A stretch of 64,000 bases of DNA from Barthelona sp. PCE (taxonomy: Eukaryota), in the NCBI GenBank assembly GCA_040285745.1, contig JAUFOR010000008.1:1612001-1676000 (forward strand), in the 5' to 3' direction. Position 1 is the first letter of the stretch. Each line of letters opens with the position of its first letter. Below the pieces are notes generated by a model, which saw nothing but the letters and a program-made list of their open reading frames with translations, made no database searches and was not told the DNA's origin. Below are positions 1 through 9,547 of the stretch, one piece after another. The position numbers and the translations under genes are program-made.

Positions 1-21
1 CCCGAAGATACTAACGTCTAT

Positions 22-723
22 TTATTCTTTTTTCCTTCCGAATGAGCGCACCATTTCAAGGTAATGCAACGTTAATTTCTGTGATTCTTGTGTTAAGTGC
101 CTCATGTACTCGTTGAAAAAATCCTGGAACAATTCTGCATCGGCGGAATGCACACTAGTAAATGCCCTCTGGAGCACATACAGATCCATGGCTTTGTCTT
201 TGTGATTAACCGTCATGAAGCTCAATCCAAAGTCTATTACGGAAAGTTGCTCGTTCTCACTGTTCCACATCATGTTGAGTGTCGTCAAATCACCGTGAAT
301 GAGCTCATTGTTATGGAGTCGGGCAATGGAATCTGCCATCTTACACAATATGATACTTCTTTGCTCAGGTATATTGAAAAGTGCTTCTTTCACAGTTATT
401 CCGTCAATCTTGCTCATGACTATATGTGTGGGTGGAATTACAGCTAGTACACTGGGTGTATTCACACCATATGTACTGGCTCTGAATAAATTTTTCACTT
501 CCCTAATGTTTCTGGTTTCAAGAATACTCCGATCAAGCTCTGGGACACGATATGTCTTCGAGAATCGTTCCTTAACGATGACATCCTGTCCTTGATAGAT
601 TCCTGAGTAGATACATCCTTCTGCTCCCTGACTGATAAGTTCAAAGTCATGTGAACTTCCCCTTTGGATGATTCCAATATCGTACTGTGGCATTTTTTTC
701 TTTCCCATTGTGAAATAATGCAA
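22..723 (-). CDS. BUD32: KEOPS complex atypical kinase Bud32/TP53RK
   Basis: QGAEG glycine loop, KERFSKTYRVPELD, HGDLTTLNM, IDFGL, DLYVLQRAF and basic GRKK tail. The true start may be a slightly downstream Met. Confidence 0.93.
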   Translation of the reverse strand: MHYFTMGKKKMPQYDIGIIQRGSSHDFELISQGAEGCIYSGIYQGQDVIVKERFSKTYRVPELDRSILETRNIREVKNLFRASTYGVNTPSVLAVIPPTHIVMSKIDGITVKEALFNIPEQRSIILCKMADSIARLHNNELIHGDLTTLNMMWNSENEQLSVIDFGLSFMTVNHKDKAMDLYVLQRAFTSVHSADAELFQDFFNEYMRHLTQESQKLTLHYLEMVRSFGRKKE

Positions 724-749
724 AAAAATATTTACACTTGTTCATAGTC

Positions 750-1469
750 TTAATCTAAATCTGTGTCATCTTCTTCATCAGAATTACCCGTACGCCACGT
801 GTTTAGCTCCTCAACTTCTTTTGAAGCTTCCATATTCTGTAAATTGCGTTTTTTTATCCGCTGGGTCTCCATAAATGTATTTAATTGATTATCCCATTTC
901 TCTAGGTTCTTGTGGAGTTCCTGATCCTTCTTTCTGATCGATTTTGAAAACTCTACAATACCAAACGAACTAGGCATTTTGTCCTTTTTGTAAAAATCTT
1001 GTGAATATTCAACCTGCTTGTAGCTTTTGTCTCCTGTTTCTGTCAGCTTCTCAAACCCCCTACCCTTGCGTGTCATCTCTTTTTCAAGATTCTTATAGCG
1101 TATTGAAGGATCTATATTGTGTGTAATGTGTCTCCTCTCAACATGATCGAATATGTATGTGTCTTTGCAATGTTTTTGTTCATAATGCCTCCGCTCAGGC
1201 AAACGGAACTGCTTTGCTGAGGGGGGTTGAATGCACTTCTTGGCTGGTCGAGAAGTTTGTGGAGGAAAAGAAAGTTTAATGGGTCTCTTTCCTGGTTTTG
1301 CACCAAACTGCATGGTTTCCGACCTTCTTTCTGTGAAATACTTCCTCCCACTAGGTTTGGCAGGCTCTAACTGTAAAGTAGGCCTCTTACTGTCTTGAAA
1401 ATGACGTTTTTGTCTTATATTAAATGTTACAGGCTGCGTTCCCGCTATAGGCGGCAACGTTAACGACAT
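750..1469 (-). CDS. Basic low-complexity protein, possibly SPATS1/SASRP1-like ciliary protein
   Basis: 239 aa ATG ORF. GDKSYKQVEYSQDFYK and EVEELNTW resemble my recollection of the SASRP1 domain (unverified). Confidence 0.5.
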   Translation of the reverse strand: MSLTLPPIAGTQPVTFNIRQKRHFQDSKRPTLQLEPAKPSGRKYFTERRSETMQFGAKPGKRPIKLSFPPQTSRPAKKCIQPPSAKQFRLPERRHYEQKHCKDTYIFDHVERRHITHNIDPSIRYKNLEKEMTRKGRGFEKLTETGDKSYKQVEYSQDFYKKDKMPSSFGIVEFSKSIRKKDQELHKNLEKWDNQLNTFMETQRIKKRNLQNMEASKEVEELNTWRTGNSDEEDDTDLD

Positions 1470-1549
1470 TTACGAGGTTCAAAACTTTGTAAAGGAGGTG
1501 AATAATCTTTTTACACCCATTTCAACATTTAAAGGACTTCTGAAGCCAG

Positions 1550-3517
1550 ATGTTCCTAAAAATCTTTGCAAAACCCAATTCTGAGGCGCTAGTGGTGGAT
1601 TTGAATGAGAATTCAACACTACTTGCGAATTCAAACTTATTTTCAAGCATATTCGAGCAGTTTGTAGATACCGCAGAGGAGGAAGACAGGCATTTGGACA
1701 TTGTTCTGAGCGAATTTTTTGATGATAGCGACACAGCGCTGACTTTTTTCACACCTGGCGCATTTGAACGTTTGTCTTTATTTTTGGAGAATATTGATTA
1801 TCTGCAGGAATATGTCGATTGCAGAAGCACGATTCTGAGTCTTCGTGAAGACTTTGAGGTTGGTGTTAACGAACTGAAAATGAACTTGCTCAAGGAAGAT
1901 GAAAAACTCGTTAAAAATCTTCAATCGAAGCTCGAGAAGCATGTAATATTGACAACCAAGTGTCTTAAGAACGAAACAGAGCGTCTAAACCAGGCATTGA
2001 GAAGATTACACACAGAGCTTGAGCAAGATCTTGCAACAAGACGAGAAGAATTCCACACTAGCTATCAGGAGACTTTGAGCATACTAAAGGAGAACTACCA
2101 TGCTGTTTCCAACCCCCTGCTAGAGAAAACTATTGAATTGCAGGATATTGCGTTGGAGTGTGGTCTGAGTAACCAAGAAGTCATTGACACTTTGATTTTG
2201 AGCGGGTTCCTTGCTATTGCAGAGGTAATTAACGTTTGTGCCAATTTCATCGCTCAGGACTTTGACGTTTTTAAGGACGAGCCAAATTTTGCCAGTCTGG
2301 TGTCAAAAACTCTCCAACAGGAGATTATGACAATGGCATCGCAGTGGGAGGTGACATCTCTGCCCAGCCCACAGAAGGGAGCACTTCGTTCGTTGCGGAT
2401 GGGACACATCATCATCAAGGATGAAGAACGGGTACCAGTTGAGCCAGTTCCACAAACTACAGTCAACGAAGAAGACTCCACACAGCATCTCAAGAACCTG
2501 CTGCAGAAGATAAAGAGGAATAGAGAAGAGTTTGAGGAATTCCATGACGAACTCAAACAAAGTGCCATTGATTTTGATGAACAGATGAGTAAGATCAACC
2601 ATCCAATTCCCGTTGAGTACGAGAACTTCGAACGGTCTCTTCCTGCATTGGACGATACGGTTGATCAGCTGATGGCCCAACAACCTACCACCGAGTCAAC
2701 AACGTCGCACCTCGTGAAGCGTAACAGAATGCAGGCGTTTTTGAAGAAGAAGAAGCAGAGATCACAGAAGCTTAAGTCCCCAGTGAGACGAAAGGTTGAT
2801 TTACGCAATCTTGCCGCAGCATCACCAGTTGAAAAGAAGGCTGATAAGAAGGCGCATGAGGATGCTGTCCGCTTAACAGTTTTGAAGGAGCTTGAGGAGG
2901 TGGAACACGAGATCGAGGCCCGTCTTGGGGAGATCACACCTCACCTACCACCCACAGTTGACATGTCTAATCTTCCTCTTTGGTCATTCGTTGAGATGCA
3001 CATGCAAAAGTCCGATGAGTTGTGTTTGTACGATGCAATTTGGGATACAGAAGATAATGATTACGGAAAGATGATGCGTTTATTAGGTTGGTTGCAGGAT
3101 GCTCCGAAGAAAATTGAGAAGCGTGGTGAGCGCAAAGAATTTAAAGGCAGAAAGGCAACTAATCACTACAGCGAGCTCGTCACATACTGGAAGAGCGTTG
3201 TGTTGGACGATGACGTTGACGACAATGTCATTGTTGAAGTGATACCATCTCCCGCAAAGGATCATTTAGATGAAGAGGATGTGCCGAGATCATCGATGAG
3301 CATTGCAGAGCTCATTGCAACACAACCAACTGCTCCAGAAGAGCCAGAAGAGGAAGCAGCAACACCAAAACTAGAAGAAAAAGTCGAGATGAACATTGAT
3401 GATATGATTGCGAATGTGACTGCAAAAGTCAATCTTGCTTTGGGGAACCTTTCATCGAGCAAGGACCATAGCACGTCTTTGGATGTACTTGTAGAAGAAT
3501 CACGTTTGGGTGTGTAA
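1550..3517 (+). CDS. Hypothetical acidic coiled-coil protein
   Basis: 655 aa ORF with heptad-rich E/L/K segments and a basic KKKKQR patch. No family recognised. Confidence 0.75.
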   Translation: MFLKIFAKPNSEALVVDLNENSTLLANSNLFSSIFEQFVDTAEEEDRHLDIVLSEFFDDSDTALTFFTPGAFERLSLFLENIDYLQEYVDCRSTILSLREDFEVGVNELKMNLLKEDEKLVKNLQSKLEKHVILTTKCLKNETERLNQALRRLHTELEQDLATRREEFHTSYQETLSILKENYHAVSNPLLEKTIELQDIALECGLSNQEVIDTLILSGFLAIAEVINVCANFIAQDFDVFKDEPNFASLVSKTLQQEIMTMASQWEVTSLPSPQKGALRSLRMGHIIIKDEERVPVEPVPQTTVNEEDSTQHLKNLLQKIKRNREEFEEFHDELKQSAIDFDEQMSKINHPIPVEYENFERSLPALDDTVDQLMAQQPTTESTTSHLVKRNRMQAFLKKKKQRSQKLKSPVRRKVDLRNLAAASPVEKKADKKAHEDAVRLTVLKELEEVEHEIEARLGEITPHLPPTVDMSNLPLWSFVEMHMQKSDELCLYDAIWDTEDNDYGKMMRLLGWLQDAPKKIEKRGERKEFKGRKATNHYSELVTYWKSVVLDDDVDDNVIVEVIPSPAKDHLDEEDVPRSSMSIAELIATQPTAPEEPEEEAATPKLEEKVEMNIDDMIANVTAKVNLALGNLSSSKDHSTSLDVLVEESRLGV

Positions 3518-4261
3518 AGTAAAAAAAGATTGGAGAGTTTTTTTTTCAACAGTATCCAGGTTTGATTCTTCCTCCAAATACGTGTCTATTTCATCTTTGC
3601 TCGTGGTGTACATGTTCATCACCTCTGCTATTATCTTATTGGCCATTTTAACACGCTTTTTTATATCATCGACAAGCATACATCGTGGATCGATGTCATC
3701 GAGATCATTAAAAATGTTTCCATCGAGATTAGGCGATTTGATGGTGGAAGAAGCTGAAGAAAATACACGTTGCCGAGGTGGTGATTCAGAAATGTTTGTC
3801 AGGCAATCAAGTAAGCTTTCCACATCCTTTTTCTTTTGTGGAGGGCTCAGGATCGGGGCTTTTGCGATGAGTGGTTGTGATGTAGATCCACTGGATACAA
3901 TAATTGGCTCTTCTTCTTTTGGGGCAGGTTGAGGTCTTTCATCCGGATCAAATCCTGCAAAGAGAAAGTTGTTCCCAGCGTCTTCCATTTCTTTGACTTC
4001 CTGACGTACCTCTTGTCGAAGAGGACCTGGGTTTTCATCCTTCTTCTTCTTCTTAAGCCTTTTTTTACGTTCCTTCATTCTTTTTTTGCGTTCCCGCCTC
4101 TCTTTTCTAGTCAGTTTACGATCATTTGATGATCCAAAACCCTTCATAGAGTTACTTTCTGTAGATTCTTCAGCTTCTTCTTTGACCTGGTCGAATTTAA
4201 TATCAATATCCTCGCCCGCGCTTTCAATCTTCTTCCTTCTACTCCTGAATGGAAGCTTCAT
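3500..4261 (-). CDS. Hypothetical charged, probably nuclear protein
   Basis: 253 aa ATG ORF with a long K/R tract. Its 3' end overlaps the convergent gene by 18 nt. Confidence 0.7.
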   Translation of the reverse strand: MKLPFRSRRKKIESAGEDIDIKFDQVKEEAEESTESNSMKGFGSSNDRKLTRKERRERKKRMKERKKRLKKKKKDENPGPLRQEVRQEVKEMEDAGNNFLFAGFDPDERPQPAPKEEEPIIVSSGSTSQPLIAKAPILSPPQKKKDVESLLDCLTNISESPPRQRVFSSASSTIKSPNLDGNIFNDLDDIDPRCMLVDDIKKRVKMANKIIAEVMNMYTTSKDEIDTYLEEESNLDTVEKKTLQSFFTLHTQT

Positions 4262-4425
4262 ATTGTGTTATTGGTTAGATTTGGTGAAACAGATTCTTTG
4301 TTATGTATCAGGTGTTCAGATAGGATTGTATGGATACAAGTGTAACATTATACGTGTTTATATTGTCAATTTATCTCTTGTAATGTGATGTAGACAAATA
4401 AATAGATTTACTCACTAACAATACA

Positions 4426-4860
4426 TTAGAGCAATTGACAACAGCCACCCATTGGCTCACGGTTTGTCCGCACATCTCTTATCAGGAACTGTATACCAGC
4501 ACAAAAATCCGCGTTAGTGAACACTCTAATGGCATTTCTCGTTTGTAATTGCTGAAATTCACCATATGGCATCTGTTCTTCATCATCTTTACGCCATCCA
4601 ATGGCTACAGACGGTATCGGAGTTGTGCTTTTTCCCTTTATCTCATTCAGTGTATCTGTAACTGTGGCAATCGATGAGAAACTAAAAAATAGGACGATAC
4701 CACTTACTTCAGGTGATACAGCGTTGTTAACGTCTCCATCTACCAGCTCAAACGCACTACGGACACCATCAACAAGCATGCTGCCGGTAGAAATATCTTC
4801 TAGAGCTGAAATTAGCTCTTGACTATCTATGTCGTGTGATATAACAATAAACTTTTCCAT
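4426..4860 (-). CDS. Degenerate Ras-like protein with CaaX box (probable pseudo-GTPase)
   Basis: Ras-like strand order (KFIVI; LVDG..FELVD; GIVLFFSFSS; IPSVAIGWRKD; FLIRDVR) and terminal GGCCQLL. No GxxxxGKS, DTAG or NKxD. Confidence 0.6.
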   Translation of the reverse strand: MEKFIVISHDIDSQELISALEDISTGSMLVDGVRSAFELVDGDVNNAVSPEVSGIVLFFSFSSIATVTDTLNEIKGKSTTPIPSVAIGWRKDDEEQMPYGEFQQLQTRNAIRVFTNADFCAGIQFLIRDVRTNREPMGGCCQLL

Positions 4861-5195
4861 GTGTGTGTATACGCTATTATGGCCCTTTTAAAAACAAAGA
4901 CGGAAACAGATGTAGTTCCTATGAATTTGGATGAAATTGTTAAAGCATGTTTAGTGACTTTTTGTGAAGTATGTTCCATTAAAATTCCTGTATAAGTCGG
5001 ACATACTAAAATAAATTAATTGAACTACAATATGTGAATAATTATTTGGATAAAAGAAAAGCGAAACGTTTGAATCAAATGCATTTTGCACAAGTATCAC
5101 AGCACAGTATACTCATACAAGCAGATTATTCCACACAGACGTAAGAAAATGAGTGTACAAAAAGTGTTATTGATTTTTCTCCTCAATTTCACCTA

Positions 5196-7913
5196 ATGCA
5201 CAAAACATTTCGAGTGTGCGATGATGGAGAAGACGTTTCTGTCTTCCGTAGCACTTTTGTGCCTTCTTCAAACACATACATTGCAGCTTCAGAAGCTCAG
5301 CTTTGCCTATTTGACGTAAAGGGCATTAAACCACCGCAATCACACACAGCGCTGATTGCTGCACCTTCAGATAATAACGGTGTGCACCTTGTTGGTGTTA
5401 ACAAAAAATGGATGGTTGTGGGATGCAGAAATGAATTATACTATCAGTATATGACCGGGGTAGCCGAGTTTCGTCGCTTCATGCACGACAACGATGCCCC
5501 AGTGTCAGGTATTGGATGTCTTGATGCTGGTGTTGTTTTTTCAGTTCAAAAAGACAAAGAGTCGCCTGTTTTCGTTCGATTTTCAGAGGAGACGAAGGAA
5601 ATAGAGGAGTATAAGCCACTTAATATACCTATGCACAGTTATTGTGCCTGGCTAGTCTCGGATGGTAAGAACAGAATTGCATTCCAGGATGCTCGCAGTC
5701 CCCATTTACAGATATATGACGTTAGGGCGGGTACCAATACCATAATTCAGAACGTTGGACGTGTCAATGTTAACGTTCGCGAACACCCATTTGTAACACC
5801 ATGTTTCTCGAAGAACGGGAAGTTCCTCGCAATTTCAGGATGCGTTGCACCGCATTTGCCCGTCATACACATGAAAATGGGAAGTAATACGATTTTAGAG
5901 CTTAAAAGCAAGCGGTTGCAGGGAAGTTATGCGGAATGTGTTGCCTTCGACACTGGTAACATATTTGCTCTTGCAACAACTACACAGTCGCTTATTGTGT
6001 GGAAGCTTTCAGATCAGGAGATCTATTTTGAGTGTGACCTTGAAGAGTTTGATATTGTCGCAGCAAAGGCTCTCAGCACTGTTCCAAGACAGTCGGTCAC
6101 TGACCATTTGATTGTAGCTATCATTGATGACCGCGGTGAGGCGCATCTTATTGATATTTCAACAAAACACTCTAAATCCGAGTATTCTAAGAAGGAATCC
6201 TTAAAGCAAGATATTGAAGATCTCATGGATCCTGACGAGGAGACAGGCGAACGCGAGCGAATGAAGGCACTGGATGATGAAAGCGACGACGAATCAGATA
6301 TTGAAGCTGCACATCAAGCCGTTTCTAGAACATACCAGGTTGACCATATTCAAGCAACAGGGCAAGCGACTTTTCAAGTTGCTTCAGAACCTCTGGATAA
6401 GAGCAAAACTTGCGTGTTGTGCGTTAATGAACACGGTGTGCTGCGTCGTGAACAAGGCGGAACAAGTGCTCGTTTTTCCCCTCACGTTCAAAATGCACCA
6501 ACCCCCATTACCAATATTAGCAGCGGCGGCGACGGTGAGCTGATTTTGGGCTGTGTCTGTGAAATCGGTATTCTTTACGTTGTCGAAAGACAGTACAACG
6601 AAAGTGATGAATATGAGCACATTGTTTGCTTTGAACCCTTCTCAAGATCGCGCACAAGTTGGCATTATAAGTTGCTCAATAGAAAGGAGCGTGCGCTGTG
6701 TTGCGCAATGGGCAGTAGAATGGCAACTGTAGTAACGTCTATGGGTCTTGTTCGCTGTTTTGCCGCTGGAGGAATGCAGCTTCCGATAATCACGCTCATG
6801 GGTGCACCAGTTACATGCGTTGCTTTAGTGGACACAGCTGCGATACTCACTGATCAAAACGTAATGATTATCACCCCCAGTCGTCTCGGACAAGTCAACG
6901 TCGTTCCCGCACCTTACGACGGCGTGAGCAATTGTAGATGGTTTGGCTTCAACAAGAAGGGATATCTCTTCTTTTTGAACGACCGTGGCTGCCTACACCA
7001 ACTCAAGGGAACACATTGGACTTGTATGGCGACTGTAGGATCTGCAATGTATGTTTTTGCAATTGTTGGGGGTGAGATGCACTATGAGCTCACTGACGAG
7101 GCAAGCGGTATGCCAGTGTTCCCAAAGGACATTAAAGTGAAGAGGATAAACATAAGGTTACAGAATCCTTTATTGGGCAGTCATAAGAATCCAGAGGAGA
7201 TGGAAATGCACAACCAGTTGCTGATGGGTCTCTCACTGCATCAAACTTCGCTCGACATGCTTGGGAAACGGAGACTCAGCAAGGATATGATTGCTCGGCT
7301 CATTCAGCGGGATTCTGAGCTTGATAGTTATACTGTGAGGATAATTAGCAATCTTGTTGCTTCTGTACAGGGAGCAAAGGTGACGCGTGAGGTTAAGCTT
7401 CGATGGAGGGTTCTTGATTATTGTCAACTTCTTCGTTTACGCAAGTCATTGCTTACTGTTCGGATCAAGTGTGAGGCTGAGGGGTTCTCTGAGATAGCTA
7501 GAGATATAGAGAACATGGAGCGGTCTGTTTTCCCACAAACACAGGATGTTTCAATTTCTGAAATGTTTCTAAAGAACAAATCACTGGCTAACGTTGATCA
7601 GTTCCTCTCCGTTAAGAAACAGACACCAAAGAAGGTTAACTTTGGCGCTGCTGTGCTTCAAAACACCCCAGCAAGTCTGTCTATGAGCTTCCCAGAGGAG
7701 GACAGCGATGAGAAGTCTGAAGAAGAAATGGAGGAATTACCCATTGAATCACCATCAATCGAGGAAAGAAAGCGCACACAGGCTGCTCCCGCTCAATCGT
7801 CACCCATCCGCAAGCTTCAGAAAGTTTCTGCAGTTAAGGTTGTGTCGTTGGGGAGTGGATCACCAAAGAAGCCTTCGAAGTCGGGCAAGAAGAGTAGTAG
7901 ACGTTTTATTTAA
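5196..7913 (+). CDS. WDHD1: Ctf4/And-1/WDHD1 replisome hub protein
   Basis: N-terminal WD-like beta region, acidic linker, then SepB-like motifs (ATFQVAS, GLVRCFAAGGMQ..GAPVT, CRWFGF..G) and a helical C-terminus. Confidence 0.75.
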   Translation: MHKTFRVCDDGEDVSVFRSTFVPSSNTYIAASEAQLCLFDVKGIKPPQSHTALIAAPSDNNGVHLVGVNKKWMVVGCRNELYYQYMTGVAEFRRFMHDNDAPVSGIGCLDAGVVFSVQKDKESPVFVRFSEETKEIEEYKPLNIPMHSYCAWLVSDGKNRIAFQDARSPHLQIYDVRAGTNTIIQNVGRVNVNVREHPFVTPCFSKNGKFLAISGCVAPHLPVIHMKMGSNTILELKSKRLQGSYAECVAFDTGNIFALATTTQSLIVWKLSDQEIYFECDLEEFDIVAAKALSTVPRQSVTDHLIVAIIDDRGEAHLIDISTKHSKSEYSKKESLKQDIEDLMDPDEETGERERMKALDDESDDESDIEAAHQAVSRTYQVDHIQATGQATFQVASEPLDKSKTCVLCVNEHGVLRREQGGTSARFSPHVQNAPTPITNISSGGDGELILGCVCEIGILYVVERQYNESDEYEHIVCFEPFSRSRTSWHYKLLNRKERALCCAMGSRMATVVTSMGLVRCFAAGGMQLPIITLMGAPVTCVALVDTAAILTDQNVMIITPSRLGQVNVVPAPYDGVSNCRWFGFNKKGYLFFLNDRGCLHQLKGTHWTCMATVGSAMYVFAIVGGEMHYELTDEASGMPVFPKDIKVKRINIRLQNPLLGSHKNPEEMEMHNQLLMGLSLHQTSLDMLGKRRLSKDMIARLIQRDSELDSYTVRIISNLVASVQGAKVTREVKLRWRVLDYCQLLRLRKSLLTVRIKCEAEGFSEIARDIENMERSVFPQTQDVSISEMFLKNKSLANVDQFLSVKKQTPKKVNFGAAVLQNTPASLSMSFPEEDSDEKSEEEMEELPIESPSIEERKRTQAAPAQSSPIRKLQKVSAVKVVSLGSGSPKKPSKSGKKSSRRFI

Positions 7914-8607
7914 GTAACTTACTTTTGAACACGACCCTGAGCTCCTTATATATGGATGTGTATGTGCAAATAACAGCTGAAACAACCATCCATTGAATAA
8001 TAGCCCCTAGTGAGTGATGCCATCCACCAGAAGGATTTGAAACATCTGTTGTCATAGCGAAGTTGGAAATGATGATTCCTAGAACGAATACGGAGATGAA
8101 AATAACAAAGACGTTTCGTCTAAATTTACGAACAGAACTCTCTTTTGGTGTACTAAAATAAAGTAAAACAGAGTGAATACAACAGAAAAGGAAGAATAAT
8201 CCACTTACACTTAGGTGGAGATATAGGTGGGTTTCGTTTTTGGGATCTAACGGCACAATGGCCAATGTTAATAAACAAATAATGGAGGCAACACCGAAGA
8301 ATGTAGCCAACAAAGATTGGATCCCAATTGCTCTGATGAATATGGTGACAAACATCATGAAGCAGCTGATGGTCGTGAGAGCTGCTTGGAAAAAGTAACG
8401 ATCTGGAAATATCACACCTGTCTCTGATAAAAAGGGGAGATACTGGTAGTCCGTACGTACCAGGAAACATACAACAGCAATTGCGAGAAAGACCACTGAA
8501 AAAACAATGATGGCCTTGAAGAATGCGAGGAATTGAGTTACCAAAATGTCTGTTGTGGAAAAAAGGGGCTTTTCAGGGTTTCTTGGTGCTTTATCAGTGT
8601 CAGTCAT
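7906..8607 (-). CDS. Frag1/DRAM/Sfk1 (TMEM150)-family six-TM protein
   Basis: PFLSETG..FP motif after TM1, His before TM4, six hydrophobic segments. Start placed at ATG 8607 (MTDTDK). Confidence 0.8.
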   Translation of the reverse strand: MTDTDKAPRNPEKPLFSTTDILVTQFLAFFKAIIVFSVVFLAIAVVCFLVRTDYQYLPFLSETGVIFPDRYFFQAALTTISCFMMFVTIFIRAIGIQSLLATFFGVASIICLLTLAIVPLDPKNETHLYLHLSVSGLFFLFCCIHSVLLYFSTPKESSVRKFRRNVFVIFISVFVLGIIISNFAMTTDVSNPSGGWHHSLGAIIQWMVVSAVICTYTSIYKELRVVFKSKLLK

Positions 8608-8696
8608 GGGTAAATTGGGTGAAAAAAACCAAAAAAAAGTTAAAAAATAACGAGGTTGAGGTGTAAAACAATAAAACACTTCTTTCTTAACTTTAG

Positions 8697-9413
8697 ATGT
8701 TTAGCAAGGTTGAGCAGGTGGCTTCCATTGGGAAAGATGGGGTGGCACAGCTTATGCAGGCTAGTGTCCTTGTAATTGGTGCAGGCGGTATTGGAACACC
8801 CGTATTATTAGGATTAGCGGGTGCGGGCGTCAGCAACATAACTATTGTTGATTTTGATGTTGTGGACCCCACAAACATCCACAGACAGTTTTTCTACCGA
8901 CAGAGCGACATTGATCGCGAAAAAGCACGTGTTGCAGCTCAGTTTTTGGAGGAAAGGTTTCCAAATGTGCACATTGTGGTGCACAATGTTGCTTTCAATG
9001 AAGAGTCTGTTGATGAAGTGATGAATCCAGGATTTTCGTTGATGCTTGATTGCAGTGATAACTGGGACACGCGTGACTTTTGTAACACCGTGTCACTTGA
9101 GAGAGGGGTACCCTTGTTGCATTGCGGTGTCGCTGCTAACGATGGGCAATGTTGTTTGTTGAATTATGATGAGAATGCCCCTTGCTATCGTTGTTTGACA
9201 GGAAAAAAGCCAAGTATCGTGCGAAACGCGGCGAAAGAGGGAATCACAACACATATTTGCATGTTAGTTGGAGCTAAGAGTGCTGGTTTAGCCATTGATT
9301 TTTTGTTAGGGCGCACTGATAATTACTGCTATCATTTCGGTGATGGAAGGCCGCCTGTACGTAGCTTCAGGGTCGTGCGTAAACGAAGATGTGCTTTACA
9401 CGATGCCTCTTAG
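8697..9413 (+). CDS. ThiF/MoeB/Uba4-family E1-like adenylyltransferase without rhodanese domain
   Basis: GAGGIG, DFDVVDPTNIHRQ, DCSDN..TR and PCYRC motifs in only 238 aa. Confidence 0.9.
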   Translation: MFSKVEQVASIGKDGVAQLMQASVLVIGAGGIGTPVLLGLAGAGVSNITIVDFDVVDPTNIHRQFFYRQSDIDREKARVAAQFLEERFPNVHIVVHNVAFNEESVDEVMNPGFSLMLDCSDNWDTRDFCNTVSLERGVPLLHCGVAANDGQCCLLNYDENAPCYRCLTGKKPSIVRNAAKEGITTHICMLVGAKSAGLAIDFLLGRTDNYCYHFGDGRPPVRSFRVVRKRRCALHDAS

Positions 9414-9547
9414 AAACCAAAATTTTTTTTTATGATTTCATTACCAAGTAAACACAGTGAGTCACTGTGCATCAGAAATGATAAAAATTTTTTGAATTCA
9501 GAGCAAGAACAAAGTGTTTTTGTCTTTTTTTTCCTTTTCTTATTCAC

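Noticed and set aside
4879-4995. Short ORF MALLKTK...FCE followed by GTATGT, a possible first exon or trans-spliced half-intron, with a hairpin to GGACATAC
   Set aside because: No YTAAC-N4-AG acceptor downstream, an in-frame stop at 5142 blocks joining to Ctf4, the ATG is only 18 nt from the divergent start, and GTATGT occurs by chance.
8686-8696. CTTAACTTTAG immediately before the E1-like ATG resembles a 3' splice site
   Set aside because: Spacing is N3 rather than N4, there is no GTATG donor upstream, and the divergent gene starts 90 nt away.
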